Shown here: positions 28,834 to 37,885 of the stretch, in pieces
How the letters are laid out: the number at the start of each line of letters is the position of its first letter
How positions within the stretch are numbered: position 1 is the first letter of the stretch
Origin: Erythrobacter sp.
GTDB taxonomy: Bacteria; Pseudomonadota; Alphaproteobacteria; Sphingomonadales; Sphingomonadaceae
Direction: 5' to 3'
Length of the DNA: 64,000 nucleotides
Assembly: GCA_039973155.1 (NCBI GenBank)
Contig: JBDWLM010000003.1
Span: 221,823-285,822, forward strand
Made by a program: the position numbers and the translations under genes
The notes under the pieces: model-generated
What the model was told of the DNA's origin: nothing
The model's input: the letters and a program-made list of their open reading frames with translations, nothing else
The model's database searches: none

Positions 28834-29526
28834 TTACAACAGGCCTTGTTGGGTGGAGTTCTTCACGGATTGATTCACGCTGCTCTGAACGTTCGATTTC
28901 ACACTTTCAGAGACAGAGTTTTTCACCGAGTCACTGACACTGTTGCGAACGTTGGACTCAACGCTGCCAGAAACCGAACCGTCGACTTGCTGCTCGCTTG
29001 CAGCATCGACGCTGCCCTGAGCACTGCCGCGGGCTTGCTCCTGCATTTGCCCAGCCTTGTCACCTGTGGTCTGGGCCTGGGCAGTAGCTTCGCCCTTAGC
29101 ACGCTGGCCAGTGGATACCCCGGCCTCGGCCGTTTGGCGGCCAGTCTCCCGGGCCTGCTCGCCGGTGCGAACCGCCGCATTGCGGGCGCTGTCACCGGTG
29201 GCGCGAGCCTTTGCTGCCGCCTCGGCACCGGTCGACTTGGCCGATTCCGTGCTCATCGCTGCGCCGGAATTGGCCTCCCGGGAAGACGCCATGCTGGCAT
29301 CGGCTTCGCGGCCGTTGGCGCTAACCGAGGCTCCGCCGGAAGTTTGCACGCTGTTGCGGGTGGCACCGCTGGCGCCTGCGTTTTGACCGTCGGTACGACC
29401 AGAGGCCTGCGAGCTGCTGCGCATCTCGGCGTTAGCGTTAACGCTGGCCGAGCCTTGGGTATCTGCAGCAAAAGCCGACACGGCCATTACCGAACCGATT
29501 GCAAAAGTCAGTGTCCGTTTCATCAT
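28834..29526 (-). CDS. Secreted low-complexity (A/S/G/T/Q/R/E/N-rich) protein with C-terminal tetrapeptide repeats
   Basis: 230 aa with signal peptide ...AVSAFA/AD. The mature part has no aromatic residues and almost no large hydrophobic residues. It ends in 10 consecutive (S/N)-V-x-x units. A rho-independent terminator follows. Confidence 0.6.
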   Translation of the reverse strand: MMKRTLTFAIGSVMAVSAFAADTQGSASVNANAEMRSSSQASGRTDGQNAGASGATRNSVQTSGGASVSANGREADASMASSREANSGAAMSTESAKSTGAEAAAKARATGDSARNAAVRTGEQARETGRQTAEAGVSTGQRAKGEATAQAQTTGDKAGQMQEQARGSAQGSVDAASEQQVDGSVSGSVESNVRNSVSDSVKNSVSESVKSNVQSSVNQSVKNSTQQGLL

Positions 29527-29594
29527 GGTTTGTCCTCCAGTGTTTCCGTTGGATTCACCCCGATAACGAATCAGGACGGGATCTATTCCAATCC

Positions 29595-29619
29595 ACGGGC
29601 AATTTTTTCAGGAGGTTCC
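29595..29619 (-). promoter_or_regulatory. ECF-type promoter candidate upstream of the low-complexity secreted protein gene
   Basis: The minus strand reads GGAAC-N17-CGT, about 70 nt upstream of ATG 29526. Confidence 0.4.
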
Positions 29620-29655
29620 ATTAGGGAAAGTTAATACTGTTGCTAATCACCGCAA

Positions 29656-31542
29656 TCAGGACTGATCCGGCGGCGTCCAGGTCGGCACGTCTTCCCGAGT
29701 GGGCTCTTCCCAATCCTTTTGCATGGCACTGCTCAGGGCTTCCTCGAGTTTCATGAACAGTTCGCCGTAGCGGGGACTGAAACTGATGCCCTCCTCAATC
29801 TCCTGCCAGGCCTCGAACAGCTCGTCTTCGTGGGCCTCCTCGTTATCCACAAAGGCCCAGGTCATCTGCTTGGCTCTTAGCGGGTGCACGCCCATGGCAG
29901 TCAATGCGTGGCCACCCAACTCCAGTGCCGAATGGTAGGTCTCACTGACCACGTCGTCGGCACCGGCCTTGCGCAACTGATAGCTGTGGCCCCGGTCGAA
30001 CGCCCGCGCCAGCACCCAGACTCCGGGATAGAACTGTTTCACATGCTCGACGATGCGCACCGAGCGATCCCGGTCGTCGATCGCTACGACTAATAACCGG
30101 GCATCGTCGATACCCGCGGTTTCCAGCAGTTCCGGTCGACTGGCGTCACCAAAGAAACTCTTGATGTTGATCCGGCGGACGTTCTCGATCTGCTCGATCT
30201 CATGATCCAGCACCACGATGGGAATGTTGTTGGCGCGCAGCAGCCGGCACACGATCTGCCCAAATCGGCCAACCCCGGCGACTATCACCGGGGCCCGGTC
30301 ATCAATGGTGTCAGCCTCGCGCTCGTCGTTCTTGGCACGCCGATACCGGGGCAGCACCAGGCGATCGTAGGCAATAAACAGCAGCGGGGTGAGGAACATC
30401 GATAGCGCCACCACCAGCGACAGCACCTGGGAGAGTTCGATTGGAATGACCGAGTTCTGGACACTGTAGGTGAGCAACACGAAACCAAATTCGCCGGCCT
30501 GCGCCAGGCCCAGGGTAAACAGCCAGCCGTTGCTGCCATGGATGCGAAACAGCACCGCCAAGCCCAGCAGGATCAGTGCCTTGACCACGATGACCGCAAT
30601 CCCCAGAGTCAGGATGGTGCCCCACTCCGCGATCAGCACCTCGAAATTGATGCCGGCACCGACGGTGATGAAGAACAGGCCCAGCAGCAGGCCCTTGAAC
30701 GGCTCGATGTTGGCTTCCAGTTCATGGCGGAATTCACTGTTGGCCAGCACCACCCCGGCCAGGAACGCGCCCAGGGCTGGCGACAGATTCACCAGGCTCA
30801 TCAATGCGGCAATGCCGATCACCAGCATCAAAGCGGTGGCGGTGAACACCTCGCGCAGGCCGGACTGGACCACGTACCGGAACAGCGGCCGGCTCAGATA
30901 ATAGCCCCCGACAATCACCGCAGCCACGGCGGCCACCACGGTCAGGGCGTGGGCCCAACCCGGCAGGTCCGCGACCAGACTCAGACCAGTGTCATGACCG
31001 GCCCCGGTGCCGGACTCGGCCATCAGATCCGGCAACGCCAGCAAGGGAATCAGCGCGAGCATGGGAATCACGGCGATGTCCTGGAACAACAACACCGAAA
31101 ACGCGCTGCGCCCGCCCTCGGTTCGGGCCAGGCCTTTTTCATTCAGGGTCTGCAGGACGATGGCGGTGGAGGACAGGGCGAAAATCAGGCCCACAGTCAG
31201 GGCCGTCTGCCAAACCAATCCCAACCACCAGGCCACAGCCGATCCGGCGGCGGTACTCAGCACCACCTGCAGCCCACCCAGGCCCACCAGGCGCACCCGC
31301 ATGGCCCAGAGCGCCTTGGGATCCAGCTCCATACCCACCAGGAACAGCATCATGACCACGCCAAACTCGGCGAAATGCTGGATGGTGGTGGCTTCCTGAC
31401 CCACCAGGCCCGTCACCGGCCCAATCACCACACCGGCAACCAGATAACCCAGCACCGAGCCCAGACCCAGTCGCTTGGCCAGCGGCACGGCAATCACCGC
31501 GGCCACGAGATAGATAAACGCCTGGACAAAATACACGGTCAT
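29656..31542 (-). CDS. CPA2 monovalent cation:proton antiporter with KTN/TrkA-N domain (KefB/KefC-like)
   Basis: 628 aa. Polytopic N-terminal Na_H-exchanger-like domain, followed by a Rossmann motif VAGVGRFGQIV. Confidence 0.9.
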   Translation of the reverse strand: MTVYFVQAFIYLVAAVIAVPLAKRLGLGSVLGYLVAGVVIGPVTGLVGQEATTIQHFAEFGVVMMLFLVGMELDPKALWAMRVRLVGLGGLQVVLSTAAGSAVAWWLGLVWQTALTVGLIFALSSTAIVLQTLNEKGLARTEGGRSAFSVLLFQDIAVIPMLALIPLLALPDLMAESGTGAGHDTGLSLVADLPGWAHALTVVAAVAAVIVGGYYLSRPLFRYVVQSGLREVFTATALMLVIGIAALMSLVNLSPALGAFLAGVVLANSEFRHELEANIEPFKGLLLGLFFITVGAGINFEVLIAEWGTILTLGIAVIVVKALILLGLAVLFRIHGSNGWLFTLGLAQAGEFGFVLLTYSVQNSVIPIELSQVLSLVVALSMFLTPLLFIAYDRLVLPRYRRAKNDEREADTIDDRAPVIVAGVGRFGQIVCRLLRANNIPIVVLDHEIEQIENVRRINIKSFFGDASRPELLETAGIDDARLLVVAIDDRDRSVRIVEHVKQFYPGVWVLARAFDRGHSYQLRKAGADDVVSETYHSALELGGHALTAMGVHPLRAKQMTWAFVDNEEAHEDELFEAWQEIEEGISFSPRYGELFMKLEEALSSAMQKDWEEPTREDVPTWTPPDQS

Positions 31543-31634
31543 TACGTGGGCTCCCTGTGCTGTTGGGGTGGGAGTATAGCGTAACGGCTATCGGCTCAGC
31601 CCGAACCGGCCTGAAACAGGAACGGAGCTTCTGC

Positions 31635-32975
31635 TCAAGTACCCGACAATAGCAGTGTGATGGTCCCCGCGAGGGTCCCGGAGACCAGAAGACAGCACAC
31701 CGACATCAACATATTCCAGCGCAGTGCTGCCTCCTGGGCGCTGTACCCGGTCAGGCGCTCCAGCAGCAGTGAGTTGGCAGAGTATGGTGTGCCGGCGGTG
31801 GTCAGGCCCCAGCCAGCCACCATCGCGGTACCCAGACCGAGCACGGCGCCCACTGGCCAGATCGGACCCAGAATGCCGCCGGTCAGAGTACCGGTAACAA
31901 TGGGATTGAAGCCAATCATTCCGCCCAGGAAAAACACCCAGGGCACGCTAAACGCCGCCACCGGGTAGGCCCAGTCGGGCAAGCTAAAGCCAGTGCCAAG
32001 CCACTGGGCGGCAAAGGTACTGATCAACGTGCCCAGGAACGCCGAACCGCCAACAATCACCAGTTCATTGCTCACCGGGGCCATTGACGGTAGTTGTACC
32101 TCGGCCCCTTTGAGCTTGCGATAACCCAGGCCCACCAACACGGCGCCAAAACAGCTCAGGGTGACCGAGCGGGAATAACTCAGCCCAAAGAGCCCGCTGA
32201 GGCTGAAGGTGGCAACGCAGATGGCGCCAATGATGCTGGCAAACCGTAACCAGGGCGCATACCGTGGCAGTCCGGACACGGGTTCGGTTGGCACGTTAGT
32301 GCTTGGCTCCGACTGTTCCGGCTCGCGAAACATCCCGCCAACTAATAGATACACCACCGCCAGCGGTAGACTGACCGCGATCAGCTCCCAGCTTTTCAAG
32401 GCCGGAACAAACGTGATGGTCAGAACGATGGAAATCGACAGGGGCGAGAAGATTGGCGAGGCGCCAAAGCCCCGCAACACGCCACGGGACGCGTTCCGGG
32501 TGGTGGCGCTGTCGCCCCGGTCATCCATTTCGCCGCGAATCATCGTGGCCATCACACCGACCGAACCAAAATTCAGGGGCATGGACAGGAAACCGGTGCC
32601 AAAAGCGACGCTGTAGTAACGCGCCATTGGCGAGCCAGCGAACAGTTGCCGGGAAATGGCCCCCAGGTCCGCGGACGTGCCCAGCATGGAAGACAGCAAC
32701 ATCACGGTCAGAATTAACGCCGTCAGCCGGGTCATGCTGGCCGCCGCCGCTGGCAGCGCCGAGGGTTCGGCAACAGCCGCCAGACCCAGCGTCAGCAACA
32801 CCAAACCAAACAGCATCCGCGACACCAGGCGCAAGTCACGCCAGCCCAGCAGGATCGCCGCAAACACCAACACCGCGCCAACTTCACCCACGCCCGGCAG
32901 GAACGACAGAATGCCGGCACCGAGCGCACCATAAGCAAGCCCCGAGCGGGTGCCCAGCAGAGAAACGCGATTCAT
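31635..32975 (-). CDS. Polytopic membrane protein, probable secondary transporter (family unassigned)
   Basis: 446 aa, hydrophobic throughout. The two halves each carry a G-x-S/T-P re-entrant-like motif (GASPIFSPLS and AGTPYSANS). Co-oriented downstream of scoB. Confidence 0.55.
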   Translation of the reverse strand: MNRVSLLGTRSGLAYGALGAGILSFLPGVGEVGAVLVFAAILLGWRDLRLVSRMLFGLVLLTLGLAAVAEPSALPAAAASMTRLTALILTVMLLSSMLGTSADLGAISRQLFAGSPMARYYSVAFGTGFLSMPLNFGSVGVMATMIRGEMDDRGDSATTRNASRGVLRGFGASPIFSPLSISIVLTITFVPALKSWELIAVSLPLAVVYLLVGGMFREPEQSEPSTNVPTEPVSGLPRYAPWLRFASIIGAICVATFSLSGLFGLSYSRSVTLSCFGAVLVGLGYRKLKGAEVQLPSMAPVSNELVIVGGSAFLGTLISTFAAQWLGTGFSLPDWAYPVAAFSVPWVFFLGGMIGFNPIVTGTLTGGILGPIWPVGAVLGLGTAMVAGWGLTTAGTPYSANSLLLERLTGYSAQEAALRWNMLMSVCCLLVSGTLAGTITLLLSGT

Positions 32976-33044
32976 AGCCAGCCCTCATCCTTGGGGTTTG
33001 GGTTTAGGGATTAGTGAGCAAAAGCGTCTGCTCGACCTTCGTTT

Positions 33045-33686
33045 TCAGAGCGGCGGCAGCAAGCGCGCTTCGGTCAGGGCCTGAACATCGGCCAGGGTGT
33101 TATCGCCATAGAGCTCTCGCACCCGTAGCCCCTCCTCGGTGACATCAATCACCGCCAGATCGGTGTAGATGCGTTTCACCACGCCGGCACCGGTCAGGGG
33201 GTAATGACACTGATTGAGTATCTTGGGCTCGCCGGCCTTGGTGGTGTGTCGCATCAACACGAACAGTTGCTTGGCACCGACCGCAAGGTCCATGGCGCCA
33301 CCCACCGCAGGCGGGAAGGTATCGTCATTGGTCGCCCAGTTCGCCAGGTCACCGCGCTCAGAGACCTGGAACGCCCCAAGCACGGCGATGTCGAGGTGGC
33401 CCCCGCGCATCATGGCAAAGGACTCGGCATTATCGAAGTAGCAGCCGCCCTGCAGCAGGGTCACATACTGTTTACCGGCATTGATCAGATCGGGGTCGAC
33501 CTGATCGGGCGCTGGCGCAGGACCTACCCCGAGAATGCCGTTCTCACTGTGATAAATCACCAGCCGATCATCGGACACGTGATTGGCGACCGACGTCGGC
33601 ATGCCGATGCCAAGGTTGACGTAGGCCCCGTCGGGGATATCCTGGGCGACACGTCGCGCCATTTCATCGGAATTAAGCCGCATCAT
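33045..33686 (-). CDS. scoB: 3-oxoacid CoA-transferase subunit B
   Basis: 213 aa. Motifs YVNLGIGMPT and the active-site SENG context (HSENGILG). Confidence 0.9.
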   Translation of the reverse strand: MMRLNSDEMARRVAQDIPDGAYVNLGIGMPTSVANHVSDDRLVIYHSENGILGVGPAPAPDQVDPDLINAGKQYVTLLQGGCYFDNAESFAMMRGGHLDIAVLGAFQVSERGDLANWATNDDTFPPAVGGAMDLAVGAKQLFVLMRHTTKAGEPKILNQCHYPLTGAGVVKRIYTDLAVIDVTEEGLRVRELYGDNTLADVQALTEARLLPPL

Positions 33687-34362
33687 GCCGGGATGCCTCC
33701 TGGGTGACTACGCGATCGACAAAAATGCCGGGGGTGACGATGCACTCCGGGTCCAACTCACCGGCGGACACCACGTCGCTCACTTCGGCAATGGTGGTGG
33801 TCGCAGCGGTGGCCATGATCGGATTGAAATTGCGGCCGGCGGTGTTGTAGATCAGGTTGCCCCAGACATCGGCCCGGTGTGCCTTGATCAGTGCGACGTC
33901 CGCCGGTAGCGCGGTCTCAAGCACAAAGCCTTTGCCGTTGATCACCTTGGTTTCCTTGCCCTCAGCCAGTCGGGTGCCATACCCGGTGGGCGTATACACC
34001 CCGCCCAAACCGGCGCCAGCCGCGCGAATGCGCTCCCCCAGCGTGCCCTGGGGCACCAGTTCCAGCTCGATGTCCCCGGCCTCATACAAGCGCTCGAACC
34101 AGATTGAGCCGGACGAACGGGGGAACGAACACACGATCTTTCGCACCTGCCCGGCCTTTAACAGGGAGGCGATGCCAATCTCGGCGACCCCGGCGTTGTT
34201 GGAAATGATGGTCAGGTCACGGGCGCCGTGCTGGCGGAGCGCCTCAATCAGCTGCAGCGGAATGCCAGAGTTCCCGAAACCGCCGATCATCACCACACTG
34301 CCGTCGGCAATGTCAGCCACCGCGGCGCGCAGGGACTCACAGGTTTTATTCATCACAATCAT
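33673..34362 (-). CDS. scoA: 3-oxoacid CoA-transferase subunit A
   Basis: 229 aa. Motif MIGGFGNSGIP. Overlaps scoB by 14 nt. Confidence 0.9.
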   Translation of the reverse strand: MIVMNKTCESLRAAVADIADGSVVMIGGFGNSGIPLQLIEALRQHGARDLTIISNNAGVAEIGIASLLKAGQVRKIVCSFPRSSGSIWFERLYEAGDIELELVPQGTLGERIRAAGAGLGGVYTPTGYGTRLAEGKETKVINGKGFVLETALPADVALIKAHRADVWGNLIYNTAGRNFNPIMATAATTTIAEVSDVVSAGELDPECIVTPGIFVDRVVTQEASRHDAA

Positions 34363-34394
34363 TCACCCTTCATTGACCCTTGTTTGGTATGCGG

Positions 34395-36383
34395 TTAACG
34401 GACACCGGCCGCCACCGGCTGTCGGAAGCGCCAATGCCACAGGTAAGTGAGGCCGAGCAGACCAAAACCGATCAGGTCGGTGACAAGGTCCGGATAGATC
34501 AGCATGCCGCCGGCCACCATCATCAGTGCCCGGAGTGGGTAACCCAATAGCCCTACCCGGTACAGGTAGCCTTCCATGGCGGAGGCCATCAGCCAGATCG
34601 CGGTAATGGCGGTGACGGTGGAGGTCAGAATGTCAGCCAGCTCGCCCTGCAGAATCAGGGAAGGATTGAGCACAAACAGGAACGGCAGGATGAACAGGAT
34701 ACCGCCCAGGCGCATGGCATACATGCCGGTCTTGCTGGCGTTGGAACCGGCGACACCGGACGCGGTAATGGCGGCCAGGGCAACCGGTGGCGTGATGTAG
34801 GACATCATGCCCCAGTACAGAATGAACAGGTGGCTGGCGAGCGGATTCAGGCCAGCGTTCACCAGTGCCGGTGCCAACAGTATGGACAGGAAGATGTAGC
34901 AGGCGCTGACAGTCATCCCCATGCCCAGCACAAAACTGGTGACCGCACCCGCCGCCAGCATCAGCGGAATGCTGCCGTCAGCGTAGAGCAAGAGTTCACG
35001 GGAAAACGCGCCGGCCACCCCGGTGTACGACAGCCCCCCGACCACCAGGCCGATGCCCGCCAGGATCGCCACCAGATTGGCAACGCTGGTAGTCAGATCC
35101 TGAATGAACGCCAGTGCCCGCTTGCCATTCATCCGATGGCGGCGCTTGAACACAGAAATACCGAGCAACACGACAGTGGCGTAGTAAGGCGCGTAGGCCT
35201 CCAGTCGCATGAACAGCAGCATGTAGATCAACATCACCAGGCTGAACAGGTACGGCCAGCCATCTTTCAGGGTGGCTTTCAGACTCGGAATTTCCGATTC
35301 CGGCATGCCCTTGAGCCCGCGTTTGGCGGCGTAGTTATCGACCTGGAACAGCAGTGCCAGGTAGAACAACAACGCTGGCAGGAACGCGGCGATCATGATC
35401 TCGGAATAGGGTACGCCCAGGAACGACGCCATGATGAAGGCGACCGCGCCCATGATCGGTGGCATCAAGGTGCCACCGGTGGAAGCACAGGCTTCAATCG
35501 CACCCGCGTAATGGGCGGGATAGCCGGTCTTTTTCATGGTCGGGATGGTGATCGGCCCGGTGGTCAGGATGTTCGAGATCACACTGCCCGACAGGCTGCC
35601 CAGGATGCCGCTCGACAACACCGACACCTTAGCCGGACCACCCCGGCTGCGGCCCATCAGAGCCGTTGCGAACTGCATGAAGAACTCACCACCGCCGGTC
35701 ACGGTTAAGGCAGCTCCGAAGACCACAAACCCGATCACCAGTTGGGCCACCACCTGCATCGGTATCCCGATGATGCTCTCGACGCCGATAACGTGGGCGC
35801 GTATCGCCTCGCCCAGGCCGTACTCATTGCCCCACAGGAAACCCGGCATCGAATCGGCGTACAGCGGGTAGGTACCAAACAGCAGGGCAACGCCCAGCAG
35901 CGGCCAGCCACCACAGCGGCGCACACCCTCCAGCACCAGTACCAGCAGCACCGATGCGGCCACAGTCGCTTCCGTGGGCGCCATGAACTCCCAGCCCTGC
36001 TGGATCATGGTCAGGCCGTGATACCCGAGGTAGCCACAGGTCACCAGCGCAGCGGCCGCCAGGGGCCAGTCGTACCAGGACACCCGGTTGGCGGCACCGG
36101 ACCAGCTTGGGAAACACAGAAAGGCGGCAGCCAGGAAGATACCGATGAGATAATACAGATAGGCATTGCCCAGCGGCTGAAAACCCAGCAATTCCAGGTT
36201 GAAGGTCTGGTTGATCGCCATCAGCAAACCAAGGCCACCGAGGGTCATCACCGACCAGTAGGTGATGCCACGGAGACGACCAGGGCGGGATTCCGGAGTT
36301 GCCGGCTGCTCAACAGCGGCTTCGGGGGAGGCATTCATAAGGGACGATATCCTGAACAAAGGCGGGGCAAGCCCGGGCTGCAT
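34395..36383 (-). CDS. TRAP transporter fused (4TM/12TM) permease, TAXI-associated
   Basis: 662 aa polytopic protein immediately downstream of a TAXI-type binding protein. Paralogous to the ORF at 39133-41124, with shared blocks such as GGPAKV..SSG..GS.SGSVI.N and YWGM.S.ITPPVALA. An alternative ATG lies at 36338. Confidence 0.85.
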   Translation of the reverse strand: MQPGLAPPLFRISSLMNASPEAAVEQPATPESRPGRLRGITYWSVMTLGGLGLLMAINQTFNLELLGFQPLGNAYLYYLIGIFLAAAFLCFPSWSGAANRVSWYDWPLAAAALVTCGYLGYHGLTMIQQGWEFMAPTEATVAASVLLVLVLEGVRRCGGWPLLGVALLFGTYPLYADSMPGFLWGNEYGLGEAIRAHVIGVESIIGIPMQVVAQLVIGFVVFGAALTVTGGGEFFMQFATALMGRSRGGPAKVSVLSSGILGSLSGSVISNILTTGPITIPTMKKTGYPAHYAGAIEACASTGGTLMPPIMGAVAFIMASFLGVPYSEIMIAAFLPALLFYLALLFQVDNYAAKRGLKGMPESEIPSLKATLKDGWPYLFSLVMLIYMLLFMRLEAYAPYYATVVLLGISVFKRRHRMNGKRALAFIQDLTTSVANLVAILAGIGLVVGGLSYTGVAGAFSRELLLYADGSIPLMLAAGAVTSFVLGMGMTVSACYIFLSILLAPALVNAGLNPLASHLFILYWGMMSYITPPVALAAITASGVAGSNASKTGMYAMRLGGILFILPFLFVLNPSLILQGELADILTSTVTAITAIWLMASAMEGYLYRVGLLGYPLRALMMVAGGMLIYPDLVTDLIGFGLLGLTYLWHWRFRQPVAAGVR

Positions 36384-36414
36384 CAGCCCCGGCCTGCCCC
36401 GAATCAGTAACGAG

Positions 36415-37599
36415 TTACAGCGAACTCAGCGCCTTCTGGCGGTGTTGTTCCCAGATTTCGGCAAAGACCTCATCCGACTTGCCTTCGGTCGCCGCGGTGG
36501 CGTCCGACCAGGCGGCCATCAGGGCATTCAGACGTTCGGTGCGTGCGTCGTTCCAGGCCTGATGTTCCTCGGTCCAGATGCCCTTCTCCTGCAGGTACTG
36601 GATCGCACCCGGGTGGAACGGCACGTCGATCGCCGGAGTGCCCGCCTCTGACAGGCGCCAGCGAGGCATCACCGCTGTGGCGTCCTTGTACATGCCGTAG
36701 GTTTCATCGAGCGCCTTGATGAAGCTGTACACCAACTGCTCATCTGTGCCCGCACGCACGGTCAGCACCGGGTAACGGTAGGCCAGGATATCCACCGGAT
36801 TGTCTTCACTGATACCAGCACCCACGGTTTCGGTGTAGGGCTGGAAGAACGGTGCCACAGAGCGCAGGCGCTCCCAGCCTTCCTTGTCACCCGGAGGCAC
36901 TTCCAGCCAGCGGATGCCACGCGGTGATTCCGCCAGCTCGTAGACGTGGCTGGGGGTCGTGGTGGTACAGGAGGCATCAGCTTCGTTGCGCGCCAGAGAA
37001 CTCATGGTGCTGGCGTAAGTCGGGAACATAATGGCGTCGACGTCATCCCGGGTCAGCCCGGCGAAAGCCAGGAATGCATCGCACTTCACGTTGATGGAGG
37101 GGTTGCCCGCCACATAGGCAAAGCGCTGGCCTTTCAGATCTTTCAAGGTTTCGATGTTGGCATCAGCGGCGGTGAAAATACCGAACGACGACGGGCGCCC
37201 GGCAACGGCTCGCAGGTTCTGTGGGCCCCAACGGCGAGCCGAGAAGTCATGAATGCCCTCGGCTGCAAAGAAGGTTTCGGTCGCCAGGAAACTGAAGTCC
37301 GCACGCTCGCTGATCAACGGCTGCAACCGGCCGATGGCTGAACCGGAGGGCTGGATACGGACCCGGGTGCCGTATTGTTTGCCAAAGGCATCGGCAATCG
37401 CGGACGCTTCGGCATAACCCGCGGAACCCACGTCGTAGGAGGACCAGGTCATGGTGTCGGGCAAGCCACCCTCAGCGTGAACGGAACCGGCGGACAGGCT
37501 CAACAAAGAAGCCACTGCAGTGGCAGCGGCGAGGACAGTGCGGGAACGGTGCAGGATGTGGCGCATTGGAGAGATCCTTGGCTTTTTGTTGTGAAACAC
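36415..37599 (-). CDS. TRAP transporter solute-binding protein, TAXI family
   Basis: 394 aa with a signal peptide (alternative start 37566). TAXI-like blocks GSAGY, WGPQ, SPRGI and DKEGW..VAPFFQP. Confidence 0.8.
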   Translation of the reverse strand: MFHNKKPRISPMRHILHRSRTVLAAATAVASLLSLSAGSVHAEGGLPDTMTWSSYDVGSAGYAEASAIADAFGKQYGTRVRIQPSGSAIGRLQPLISERADFSFLATETFFAAEGIHDFSARRWGPQNLRAVAGRPSSFGIFTAADANIETLKDLKGQRFAYVAGNPSINVKCDAFLAFAGLTRDDVDAIMFPTYASTMSSLARNEADASCTTTTPSHVYELAESPRGIRWLEVPPGDKEGWERLRSVAPFFQPYTETVGAGISEDNPVDILAYRYPVLTVRAGTDEQLVYSFIKALDETYGMYKDATAVMPRWRLSEAGTPAIDVPFHPGAIQYLQEKGIWTEEHQAWNDARTERLNALMAAWSDATAATEGKSDEVFAEIWEQHRQKALSSL

Positions 37600-37885
37600 T
37601 CATTTCGATTAAAAGAAACTAGACCTTCCTTTACGTCCCCGTCAATCATTTTTGTCTCTATATCAGAATTTCATTTCACTAAGCGACACAGAAACCAAGT
37701 CCTTATTTCGCTTTGAAAAGCTGGGCAAGAGCCAGGTTAAGCGCCCTTCTTATATAGAACGGATATGAAATAGGTGTATTGACAAACCATAATTCCAGCG
37801 ACTATGTTGAATCATCTATAACAAAATGATGTTTCGCTGTGCAAAACCTCTAAACACCACAACAACGACGATAAGAGGATTTTCT

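Noticed and set aside
28855-28977. 12-nt periodic DNA repeat, and separately the GGC/GGT-rich tract at 63355-63502, considered as a satellite or CRISPR-like array.
   Set aside because: Both are in-frame coding repeats, the (S/N)-V-x-x tetrapeptides and the poly-Gly tail of the TPM protein. There is no spacer/repeat organisation.
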